NCBI RefSeq assembly: GCF_009557235.1
Contig: NZ_CP045650.1
Location: 2,730,001-2,762,000, forward strand
Direction: 5' to 3'
Length of the DNA stretch: 32,000 nt
DNA from: Acinetobacter wanghuae
GTDB taxonomy: Bacteria; Pseudomonadota; Gammaproteobacteria; Pseudomonadales; Moraxellaceae
The stretch's first letter is position 1; every line of letters begins with the position of its first letter. The position numbers and the translations under genes were made by a program. Shown in pieces: positions 1 through 8,171 of the stretch. Below the pieces are notes generated by a model, which worked only from the letters and a program-made list of their open reading frames with translations, did not search any database and was not told the DNA's origin.

Positions 1-252
1 TTACAAAAACAAATTTTGGAAAACATGTGGCAGCAACTCAAAGTCGGCGGCACATTGCTTTACATCACCTGTTCAATTCTAAAAGCTGAAAATGAACAGC
101 AGATGGTTGAATTCTTTGCCCATCATGCAGATGCTCAAGAAATTAAAATTGAAGCTGATTGGGGCGTAGAGCAAATTCACGGTCGTCAATTGTTCCCACA
201 ACTCGGTCGTGGCGATGGTTTCTACTATTGCCGTATCCAAAAGATTGCTTAA
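1..252 (+). CDS. rsmB: 16S rRNA m5C967 methyltransferase RsmB/Sun, C-terminal fragment (gene starts left of the window)
   Basis: Frame 1 is open from base 1 to TAA at 250-252. The translation ...GGTLLYITCSILKAENEQQ...GRGDGFYYCRIQK has the catalytic-Cys T-C-S motif and the G-F-Y-Y tail typical of RsmB/NOL1/NOP2/Sun methyltransferases. A hairpin terminator follows. Confidence 0.7.
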   Translation, partial: LQKQILENMWQQLKVGGTLLYITCSILKAENEQQMVEFFAHHADAQEIKIEADWGVEQIHGRQLFPQLGRGDGFYYCRIQKIA

Positions 253-265
253 AACATGAAGCACT

Positions 266-295
266 AAAAAAGGAACCCTCGGGTTCCTTTTTTAT
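266..295. terminator. Bidirectional rho-independent terminator between convergent rsmB and the NSS operon
   Basis: AAAAAGGAACC-CTCG-GGTTCCTTTTTT: a 6-bp GC-rich stem with a tetraloop, and an A-run and T-run on either side. Confidence 0.8.
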
Positions 296-311
296 GATCA
301 ATTCAATGTGA

Positions 312-422
312 TTAATCTTCAACTTCTTCTGGATTTTTGCCCAAGTGGATGATGGCAAGTACCAAGCCACCCCAAAGTAACGTTGTCGACAGAATTAACA
401 TGATTAATGCTTGTGAGTTCAT
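312..422 (-). CDS. MetS-like small subunit of the NSS transporter (36 aa, below the ORF-track cutoff)
   Basis: ATG at 422-420 lies one base after the NSS stop (426-424); TAA is at 314-312. The peptide MNSQALIMLILSTTLLWGGLVLAIIHLGKNPEEVED is one TM helix with a WGGL core and an acidic tail. This is the architecture of MetS family small subunits encoded next to NSS (MetP-type) transporters. Confidence 0.6.
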   Translation of the reverse strand: MNSQALIMLILSTTLLWGGLVLAIIHLGKNPEEVED

Positions 423-423
423 T

Positions 424-1914
424 TTATTTCTCCTGTTCTGATGGGGTTTTGTCTTTCATCATGCTGAAGATTACTGCACCCAAAACAAAGAATGCCAACG
501 TACCACCGCCCACTAACCACAAAATGCTGGCTGAGTAATCACCATAACCATCGCTCACAATGGATTTAATGGTTAAACCTAAAGCCACAATTAATGACAA
601 TGGTGTTACCACGGTCAATAAGAAGTCCCAGCTACGACCAAGCTTCAAACTTGCATATTGGTTTACGTGGTCTTTGAGTTGTTTTAACAATGGACGACGG
701 AACCAAGACACCAAGATGATCGATAACAAACCACCGCCCACAATACCAATGTTATTAGCAAAGTAATCGATAATGTCAACAAAGGTAATTGCACTGTGGC
801 TCGAGAATAACAAGGTCGACACTACGGCTGAACTACCAGCAACGATGGTTACTGATTTCTTTAATGACCAACCTAATTTGTCTTGGAAGGCTGCAATCGG
901 TACCTGCAAAATACTCACCATTGAGGTAATACCTGCAACCGTTAACGATGCGAAGAATAAGAAACCAAATAAATCACCACCCGCCCCCATGCTCGAAATA
1001 ATTTTCGGGAACGCAATGAAGGCTAGACCAATACCGCCTGAAACGACATCTTCAACCGATGCACCTGCGCTATGCGCCATAAAGCCAAGCGCTGCGAATA
1101 CACCAATACCGGCTAAAATTTCAAAAGATGAGTTTGCCAATGCAACCACAACCCCAGCCCCTGTCATATTGGTTTTACGCTTCAAATACGATGCGTAAGT
1201 CAACATGATCCCGAAGCCCACCGAGAGTGAGAAGAAGATGTGACCGAAGGCTGCCAACCATACTTTATAGTTGCTCATGGCTTCCCAGTTCGGTGTAAAG
1301 AAGGCATTTAAACCATCCACAGCGCCCGGTAAACGTACGGCTTGAATCACCAATATCGAGAATAAAACCACCAACAATGGCATAAAGATTTTATTAGCAA
1401 GCTCTACCCCACGGCGTACACCACCGTAAAGGATGAACATCACGACTGCCCATACCACAACCAAACCAATGAACAAGGTCGGTACGAAACCAAACTGTAG
1501 TCCTTCGCCATTTTGCAAGTAGGTCGAGAAGAAGAAGCTTTGTGTGTCTGTACCCCATTGCTGACCAACCGAGTAGAACATGTAGCTACCTGCCCACGAT
1601 AATACGCTGGCATAGTAGATCCCGATCACTAAGGTCACCATCACTTGCCACCAACCGAGCGATTCGCTGTTCATCAACTTTTTATACGCTGTCGGTGGTG
1701 CTTTACGGAATTTATGCCCCACTGCATAGTCTAAAAACAGCAATGGTAAACCCGCCGCAAAAATGGCGATTAAATAGGGAATTAAAAATGCCCCGCCGCC
1801 ATTTTCGTAGGCAACATAGGGAAAGCGCCAAATATTGCCCAAGCCAACTGCTGAGCCAATCGCTGCGATAATAAAACCTGATCGTGCAGACCAGTTTTCA
1901 CGAATTTCTGTCAT
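424..1914 (-). CDS. Sodium-dependent transporter, neurotransmitter:sodium symporter (NSS/SNF) family
   Basis: 496-aa ORF. The N-terminal signature W..R.GFI.A..G.AVGLGNIWRFPY is diagnostic for the NSS family, and the protein is polytopic and hydrophobic throughout. Confidence 0.9.
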   Translation of the reverse strand: MTEIRENWSARSGFIIAAIGSAVGLGNIWRFPYVAYENGGGAFLIPYLIAIFAAGLPLLFLDYAVGHKFRKAPPTAYKKLMNSESLGWWQVMVTLVIGIYYASVLSWAGSYMFYSVGQQWGTDTQSFFFSTYLQNGEGLQFGFVPTLFIGLVVVWAVVMFILYGGVRRGVELANKIFMPLLVVLFSILVIQAVRLPGAVDGLNAFFTPNWEAMSNYKVWLAAFGHIFFSLSVGFGIMLTYASYLKRKTNMTGAGVVVALANSSFEILAGIGVFAALGFMAHSAGASVEDVVSGGIGLAFIAFPKIISSMGAGGDLFGFLFFASLTVAGITSMVSILQVPIAAFQDKLGWSLKKSVTIVAGSSAVVSTLLFSSHSAITFVDIIDYFANNIGIVGGGLLSIILVSWFRRPLLKQLKDHVNQYASLKLGRSWDFLLTVVTPLSLIVALGLTIKSIVSDGYGDYSASILWLVGGGTLAFFVLGAVIFSMMKDKTPSEQEK

Positions 1915-2710
1915 AGAACACCTAAACTTTAGGCATCTTTATGTGCCGCTTATTCTGGTTATGTCGCGAGCAAAAAAAGAAGCAATAAAATAATTTTGGG
2001 TGTTTGAATTAGTGCTGCGCCTTTTGAGCTCCAGTGCCTAATATGCAAACAGAACGCTGAAATAACCCACTTGCTTAAAATTTGTCATCGCAGCATTCTT
2101 GTATATGAATCCACAATACTGAGTTTTAGAAATTTTTTCTGTAATTTCTATTTGAAATATTCAATTTTTATAATGCATCAAGTGCGAATGCTCAAATATG
2201 CTACATATTTGAGTTAAATTAGACTGGTTATGAATTTGTTAACTTTTTGGAATATATTGTTTTTTAAGAATTTCTTTATGAGACAGCACTATTTCTTCTT
2301 TACTTGCTGATTTGAGAAGTGCTCCTTTGTAATATCATTTACTTGCTTAACATAAACGGCTTTTTGTACTATCAAAAGCTGGCTATATGATCATTTTTGT
2401 CTTGCTCAGCCACAGTTAAAAATAAAATGAATAGGTTTTCTCGCGCTATTTTTAACTAAAATAAAGTGAGTAATATTTAAGCTTTTATTTATCAGCTGCT
2501 TAAGCCTTATGACTCAACCTGAATAAGATGAATCAAAATTTTGTAAGCTTAAGCGTACATCAATCGCAGTTTTCTGCCTCTATCCTGCCCTTTAAAAAGG
2601 GATTAATTTATAAACATAGAGAGCAGGATGCTCCTGACATAAAAACAATAAGAATTGCCAACACCAGGACGTGAGATATGACAGGAGTTGTATCTAAGAC
2701 ACGAAATACG

Positions 2711-2746
2711 AAAAAGCCCCGATAGGATGTCGGGGCTTTTTTTCGT
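2711..2746. terminator. Orphan rho-independent terminator in the divergent intergenic region
   Basis: AAAAAGCCCCGA-TAGGAT-GTCGGGGCTTTTTTT: a GC-rich 7-8 bp stem with a T7 run on + and an A5 run on the other side. No annotated gene reads into it from either side. Confidence 0.6.
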
Positions 2747-2852
2747 TTCAATCTTCATTTTATAGACTTACAGTTCCTGACCAAAAAGCCAACATTCCAA
2801 ATTTAGACTTGTTGTTAAGCTGAGACTCTTATTCTTTTTAAGAGTTCAGATC

Positions 2853-3410
2853 ATGGTCAAAAAAGTATTATTTATTACCTCGAATGTCGGGATCGAACGC
2901 GATGAATTGATTAAGCCTTTAGAGTTTTTAAAATCGAAGGGTATTGAAGTAATTCATGCTGCTGAAAATATCGAAGATGTACAAACGATGGAAAGTGACA
3001 GTAAGCCGTCTACGCGTTATACCCCAGATACCACCCTGTCTCATGTTCAAGCCGAGGATTATGATTTATTGGTCATTCCGGGCGGTACGGTTAATGCCGA
3101 CACTTTGCGTTTGAATGAAGATGCTATCAACATTATTCAGTCTTTTACCGACAATCAAAAGCCGATTGCCGCAATTTGCCATGCTCCTTGGGTTTTGATT
3201 AATGCAGAGCGAATCAAAGATAAAAATCTGACTTCATATCAAAGTATTCGTTTAGATTTAGAGAATGCAGGCGGTAAATGGGTCGATGAAGAAGTCCATC
3301 GTTGTAATACAGGCGATTGGCCACTGATTACATCGCGTAATCCTGATGATATTCCTGCTTTTAATGCAGCCATACTCAAAGAATTAGAAGCGGATACAAG
3401 CCCTGAATAA
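2853..3410 (+). CDS. DJ-1/PfpI family protein (type 1 glutamine amidotransferase-like; protease/deglycase)
   Basis: 185 aa. Carries the nucleophile-elbow motif AAICHAPWVL and the overall PfpI/YhbO-like pattern (LVIPGG..., ITSRNPDDIPAF). Confidence 0.85.
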   Translation: MVKKVLFITSNVGIERDELIKPLEFLKSKGIEVIHAAENIEDVQTMESDSKPSTRYTPDTTLSHVQAEDYDLLVIPGGTVNADTLRLNEDAINIIQSFTDNQKPIAAICHAPWVLINAERIKDKNLTSYQSIRLDLENAGGKWVDEEVHRCNTGDWPLITSRNPDDIPAFNAAILKELEADTSPE

Positions 3411-3411
3411 C

Positions 3412-3443
3412 AAAAACCCCGTTATGGGGTTTCTGGCTTTTTC
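3412..3443. terminator. Bidirectional terminator between the convergent PfpI and ankyrin genes
   Basis: AAAAACCCCGTTATGGGGTTTCTGGCTTTTTC: a CCCC/GGGG stem flanked by A and T runs. Confidence 0.6.
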
Positions 3444-3444
3444 T

Positions 3445-3756
3445 TTACAGACTTTTTAAATAAGCCACGATGTCATCTTGTTCTGCCATTTCTGCCAGTT
3501 GCAGTGCAGTGTATTCGCCTTTATAAGCTACATCTGCACCTTTCGCTACGAGCAGTTTGACGACATCTAAATTGCCGTTTTCAGCGGCAGCTTGTAGTGC
3601 GCTATAGCCTTCGTCATCGGTTTGATTTACATCTATACCATTGGCTAGGGCTTTTTCGACTTCTGCGACTTCACCTAGAGATGCCCAATACACAAGTTCG
3701 GGCAGGTGAAGTTCGTCATCGTCTTCAGGAATTGGGGAGATAGAGTTAAATTGCAT
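3445..3756 (-). CDS. Small ankyrin-repeat protein (about 2 ANK repeats)
   Basis: 103 aa. GYSALQAAAENGNLDVVKLLVAKGADV is a canonical ANK repeat, and a second degenerate repeat follows (YTALQLAEMAEQDDIVAYL). Confidence 0.8.
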   Translation of the reverse strand: MQFNSISPIPEDDDELHLPELVYWASLGEVAEVEKALANGIDVNQTDDEGYSALQAAAENGNLDVVKLLVAKGADVAYKGEYTALQLAEMAEQDDIVAYLKSL

Positions 3757-3829
3757 TTCTAAAATATCCTTAAATTCTCAAAATATTAAAACATAAGTAC
3801 TTTATTAATTGATATCAAATCTGTAATAA

Positions 3830-4645
3830 CTAATTTTTACTCTGTTTTTCAATAGCACTTTTAACAAGATTAAAAGCATCTTGGAAATTTTGATCATATT
3901 CTTTGTGGCGTTCGTAGCCACATCTCTGATTATAAATATCTGTAAAATCATCATGCCAATACTGAAATGATCCTTTTCTTTTCTGTAAAGCTAATGAAGG
4001 ATGAATTTTTCCATTGAATAAATCAAAAAATATATCTTTTGATACTATTAAACTTTTGGTGATCATATTTTTTTCTAAAATTAGAGACATGATTAATTTT
4101 CTCAAATCAATCAATTGACACATTCCACCATGTCCATTAATAGCACTAAAATGAACATAAGTATTAAGAACTATGGTTTTATATTCATCTGTTTTCAATA
4201 CCAGACATGTCTCACCACTAATAGAATCTGCTCTTACGAAATAAACCACCTTTGGATTTAGGTTCTCTATTTTTTTCAAACAATCATCAAACAAATGTAT
4301 GTAATGATCTTCGTCATATTTAAAAGGTTGATCTTTACCTTCAACTAACCACTCAATATTAATAGCAAATTGATTACAGAAAAGATTTAAGAAATCGAAA
4401 GTCGGCTCCTCTTCAGCTAAGAAATATTTCTCTAAATCACTTACTTTATGCAATCCAAGAATTCTACTAAATTCGGCAATAGTAAACTTTTCATCTCTTG
4501 CATCATTCATCAATTTCAAAACAAGTCGTAAACGTTCCGAAATTTTTTTAGCTTCTGATTTATTTTTAAGATCTTTAAATTTTTTTAATCTGTCATAAAG
4601 AAAGCTTGAAAATATGTTCAAGCCTAAAGTTTCTAATAAGCTCAT
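3830..4645 (-). CDS. Hypothetical protein: XRE/Cro-C1-type HTH domain fused to an unrecognised ~165-aa C-terminal domain
   Basis: 271-aa ORF in a markedly AT-rich stretch. Residues ~35-105 (ISERLRLVLKLM...FTIAEFSRILGLHKVSDLEKYFLAEEEPTFDFLNLFCNQFAINIEWLVEGK) follow the XRE HTH pattern. I recognise no motif in the C-terminal part. Confidence 0.7.
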   Translation of the reverse strand: MSLLETLGLNIFSSFLYDRLKKFKDLKNKSEAKKISERLRLVLKLMNDARDEKFTIAEFSRILGLHKVSDLEKYFLAEEEPTFDFLNLFCNQFAINIEWLVEGKDQPFKYDEDHYIHLFDDCLKKIENLNPKVVYFVRADSISGETCLVLKTDEYKTIVLNTYVHFSAINGHGGMCQLIDLRKLIMSLILEKNMITKSLIVSKDIFFDLFNGKIHPSLALQKRKGSFQYWHDDFTDIYNQRCGYERHKEYDQNFQDAFNLVKSAIEKQSKN

Positions 4646-4685
4646 AGTTTCTAATTTTAACGTTTATTATCTTCATATATACATT

Positions 4686-4716
4686 AAAAAGCCCCCTTAC
4701 AGAGGCTTTTTTTTAA
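4686..4716 (-). terminator. Terminator of the downstream MFS paralogue
   Basis: Minus-strand RNA AAAAAAAAGCCUCUGUAAGGGGGCUUUUU. Near-duplicate of the terminator at 6353-6385. Confidence 0.75.
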
Positions 4717-4725
4717 TCAAAACTT

Positions 4726-6075
4726 CTAAGCTTTAATCGCAACAGGCTTTATTGCTTCTAAAGCTTCAGGCTTGGACTTACGAGAAATCAAAGCCACCGC
4801 TATCGCCACAATAATGACAGGGAAACCCACCGCCATAAAGTTAATTTGATGTGGCAAATCCATACCCAATAAAGCGCCAATTAAAATAGGACCCACAATT
4901 GCACCACTACGCCCAACTGCAGATGCCCAACCAATTCCTGTCGAACGGACAGTCAATGGATAATACTGTGCCACATAACTATACAAAAGAATTTGACCGC
5001 CAATTGCAGCAGCACCAGCAACAGCCACCAATAAGTAAATGACAGGCTGTGGTGACTTAAAGCCAAGCAAAGACAGTGCAACTGCACCTGCTAAACATAG
5101 CGTAATAATGACCGGTTTTAAGTGGAATTTATCTGCCAAAATACCACCACCCACCGTACCAATGACCGCACCGATATTCATTGCAAGTAAGAACATCAAG
5201 CTATTGCCAAGCGAATAACCCGCAGCCATCATCAATTTTGGTAACCAACTGCCAAGCGCATACAGTGTTAATAAACACATAAAGAATGCTAACCAAAATA
5301 ACAACGTACTGCCAGCGCGACCTTGTTTAAACAAGCTACTGACAAATGCAGGCTCAGACACTTTAACTTCACTCAGTTCAAATTGAGTATGTTCATTAAC
5401 TAAAAGGGTTGAATTAAGACGCTGTAAAATTTTTCCAGCTTGATCATCTTTCTTTTCTTTCACCAAGAAGGTTAAAGACTCAGGCAAGAACATCCAAATC
5501 AACGGTAAAAGTAATAATGGGATACCTGCAATAAAGAACATGATTTCCCAACCAAAGTTTGGCGTAAACCACGCACCAAACAATGCTGCCATCACACCAC
5601 CGACAGCATAACCACTAAACATGGTCGTGACCAAAGTACTGCGTAAACGTTGTGGGGCATATTCCGAAGTTAAAGCCACAAGGTTTGGCATTACACCACC
5701 AATCCCTAAGCCCGCAATAAAACGTAAAATACCAAACTCGGTCGGATTTGAAGCAAAGCCACCTAAAAAGGTAAAACCACTGAAAATAAAAACACAGATC
5801 AAAATAACATTTTTGCGCCCAATTTTATCGGCAAGCGTACCGAATAACATCGCGCCAAACATCATGCCCGCAAGTGCTGTACTTGCCAACATACCTGCTT
5901 GAACTGCGCTTAAAGACCATTGCTGCATCAGTAAGGGTAAAGCTACCCCATTAATCGCAAGATCATAACCATCAAATAAAATAATGATCAAACACCAAAA
6001 AACAACTTTAAAATGAAATGGCGTGAATTTCGCTGTATCAATAACATCATTCACATTAATTCTATTTATGACCAC
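4726..6075 (-). CDS. MFS transporter, aromatic acid:H+ symporter (AAHS)-like, paralogue 1
   Basis: 12-TM MFS pattern with the LFDGYDLAINGV motif. I place the start at GTG 6075, 6 nt after AGGAGG (6087-6082), which gives 449 aa and aligns residue-for-residue with the paralogue's start. The longer track ORF (to 6207) adds an unconserved His/Asn-rich extension. Confidence 0.85.
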   Translation of the reverse strand: MVINRINVNDVIDTAKFTPFHFKVVFWCLIIILFDGYDLAINGVALPLLMQQWSLSAVQAGMLASTALAGMMFGAMLFGTLADKIGRKNVILICVFIFSGFTFLGGFASNPTEFGILRFIAGLGIGGVMPNLVALTSEYAPQRLRSTLVTTMFSGYAVGGVMAALFGAWFTPNFGWEIMFFIAGIPLLLLPLIWMFLPESLTFLVKEKKDDQAGKILQRLNSTLLVNEHTQFELSEVKVSEPAFVSSLFKQGRAGSTLLFWLAFFMCLLTLYALGSWLPKLMMAAGYSLGNSLMFLLAMNIGAVIGTVGGGILADKFHLKPVIITLCLAGAVALSLLGFKSPQPVIYLLVAVAGAAAIGGQILLYSYVAQYYPLTVRSTGIGWASAVGRSGAIVGPILIGALLGMDLPHQINFMAVGFPVIIVAIAVALISRKSKPEALEAIKPVAIKA

Positions 6076-6352
6076 GTCCCACCTCCTGTGAGTATTGTGA
6101 TTATTTGAATTGCGATCGATGACAATCAGGATGTTATTATTTGAATGATGGAGATCGTCATGACGCATCGAAATCACAGTTGACCATAGTGAAAACTGAG
6201 TAAACACGCGACGAAAGTCGAAAAAACACCCAAATAACTAGACCGATGCGTTCAGTTTTTAATCAAAATATTTGTCATTTTTAAAGTGTTATTATTTTCA
6301 AAATAGTTATATTTGCCTTGTTTTTAAAAGCTAAATCCAGCAAATAATAGCC

Positions 6353-6385
6353 AAAAAAAAAGCCCCCTTTTCGGAGGCTTTTTCT
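6353..6385 (-). terminator. Terminator of the upstream MFS paralogue
   Basis: Minus-strand RNA GAAAAAGCCUCC-GAAA-AGGGGGCUUUUUUUUU. Confidence 0.8.
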
Positions 6386-6399
6386 AAATTAACATCACT

Positions 6400-7749
6400 T
6401 TATGCTTTAGCAGAGACAACATCCGATGAGCTAACTTGATCAGATTCGTTATCATGCATAATTAAAGCGACCGCAATAGCCGTAATCAGTACAGGTAAAC
6501 CGACCGCCATAAAGTTAAAGTGCGCAGGAAGGTTCATACCAAGCAAGCCACCAATTAAGATTGGACCGACAATCGCGCCCATACGACCAATTGCAGACGA
6601 CCAACCAATGCCTGTCGAACGTACCGCAAGTGGGTAGAACTGAGCCACATAACTATATAAAAGCATTTGCGAACCGATCGAAGCCGCGCCTGCCAAGAAC
6701 ACTAAAACATAGAGTAGGAATTGGTTAGATTGGAAGCCCATTAAGCTCATCACAATCGCCCCCATAATTCCAAGGAACATCAAAACAGGCTTTAAGTGGA
6801 AACGATCCGCTAAAATACCACCACCAACAATGCCGATCACTGCACCAATGTTCATGACCATCATAAACATTAAACTGTTATCCATTGAATAACCTGCCGC
6901 CATCATCAATTTCGGCAACCAACTGCTCAGCGCATACATCGTCAATAGACAGCTAAAGAACGCGATCCAAAATAAAATCGTATTCATTGCACGACCACGA
7001 CGGAATAGACTGACCACATTGGCAGCTTCAGGCACATTTTCCTCAGGCAGCGTGAACGTCGTTGCATCCGTTACTTTTACATTGGGCGCTAAACGTTTCA
7101 CAATTTTACGTGCTTCAGCTTGTTTGTTTTGTTTCACCATAAAAGACAGTGATTCAGGTAAAAATTTCCAAATCAAAGGCAATAAAAATAATGGAATGCC
7201 AGCAATAAAGAACATGATCTGCCATCCAAAATTCGGCGTAAACCATGAACCTAGCAGTGCAGCCATTACGCCACCCACCGCATAACCACTAAACATAGTC
7301 GTTACCAATGTACTGCGCAATTTTTTAGGTGCATATTCAGAAGTTAAAGCCACAAGGTTTGGCATAACACCGCCAATCCCTAAACCAGCCAAGAAGCGTA
7401 AAATACCAAATTCAGTCGGATTTGAAGCAAAACCACCCGCAAATGTGAGTCCACTAAACAGTACAATACAGATCATAATCACTTTCTTACGACCAATTTT
7501 GTCCGCAAGAGAGCCAAAAATCATTGCACCAAACATCATACCTGCAAGTGCAGTGCTCGCGAGCATACCGGCTTGAACTGCCGATAAGCCCCAGTCATTC
7601 ATCAATAGTGGTAAAGTGACACCATTAATGGCTAAATCATAACCATCGAATAAAATAATCAGTAAACACCAAGCGACAACATTCATGTGAAATGGGGTCA
7701 ATTTCGCATGGTCTACGATAGAATTTACATCCATATGTTCCGTTTTCAT
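6400..7749 (-). CDS. MFS transporter, aromatic acid:H+ symporter (AAHS)-like, paralogue 2
   Basis: By eye about three-quarters identical to the 4726-6075 product. ATG 7749 is preceded by GGGAGA at suitable spacing, giving 449 aa; the track ORF starts 13 codons further upstream. Confidence 0.85.
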   Translation of the reverse strand: MKTEHMDVNSIVDHAKLTPFHMNVVAWCLLIILFDGYDLAINGVTLPLLMNDWGLSAVQAGMLASTALAGMMFGAMIFGSLADKIGRKKVIMICIVLFSGLTFAGGFASNPTEFGILRFLAGLGIGGVMPNLVALTSEYAPKKLRSTLVTTMFSGYAVGGVMAALLGSWFTPNFGWQIMFFIAGIPLFLLPLIWKFLPESLSFMVKQNKQAEARKIVKRLAPNVKVTDATTFTLPEENVPEAANVVSLFRRGRAMNTILFWIAFFSCLLTMYALSSWLPKLMMAAGYSMDNSLMFMMVMNIGAVIGIVGGGILADRFHLKPVLMFLGIMGAIVMSLMGFQSNQFLLYVLVFLAGAASIGSQMLLYSYVAQFYPLAVRSTGIGWSSAIGRMGAIVGPILIGGLLGMNLPAHFNFMAVGLPVLITAIAVALIMHDNESDQVSSSDVVSAKA

Positions 7750-8124
7750 CGTTCTCATCTCCCATGAGTACTTGTCCACACTTAACACTCATTGTTAAGC
7801 TATTTTTTAAATTGCTAAACAATATAATGTGATACAAATAAGCACTCAATAAGACCAAAGAATAAAAAAGTAGGAAATATATGCTTTATAGGTAATTGTA
7901 TTTGAAAGATATATTTAAATACTAAATGAAAATAATCTCTATATTTTTGAAGATGATATAAAGCAAAAAATACGTTTATTTAATATTCGATTTAAAGCAA
8001 TTTATTTACTATTTTTACAGAATATCTTTTTATAAATTGAGATAAAATCGAAAAAACCCTTTAAATGACGCTCATAATTTTTTGTTTATTACTTTGCTGA
8101 TTATAAAAAACTTTCTTTCCTGCA

Positions 8125-8163
8125 TAGAAAAACCCCCTCAATCATTTGATTGAGGGGGTTTTT
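8125..8163 (-). terminator. rrn operon terminator
   Basis: CCCCCTCAAT-CATTTG-ATTGAGGGGG: a perfect 10-bp stem followed by a U-run on the minus strand, immediately 3' of the 5S gene. Confidence 0.85.
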
Positions 8164-8171
8164 GAATTAAT

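Noticed and set aside
143-370. Minus-strand 75-aa ORF (and 79-264) overlapping the rsmB 3' end
   Set aside because: The 143-370 ORF reads through the bidirectional terminator and is antisense to the conserved rsmB tail. The real small gene in this region is the 36-codon MetS-like ORF in a different frame segment (312-422).
560-1871. Plus-strand ORFs (560-766, 773-1198, 1542-1871) opposite the NSS transporter
   Set aside because: These are antisense shadow frames of a well-supported 496-aa gene. They have no RBS and no recognisable motifs, and their composition is Pro/Thr/Ala-rich or Arg/Ser-rich, as expected for shadow frames.
6076-6207. N-terminal 44-codon extension of MFS paralogue 1 (and 7750-7788 for paralogue 2)
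   Set aside because: The extensions are not shared between the paralogues. Strong RBSs (AGGAGG, GGGAGA) precede the internal starts, and those starts give two products of identical length that align colinearly.
5621-7285. Plus-strand ORFs 5621-5902 and 7019-7285
   Set aside because: Antisense shadows within the MFS paralogues. They sit at equivalent positions in both copies, as expected from the duplicated sequence rather than from real genes.
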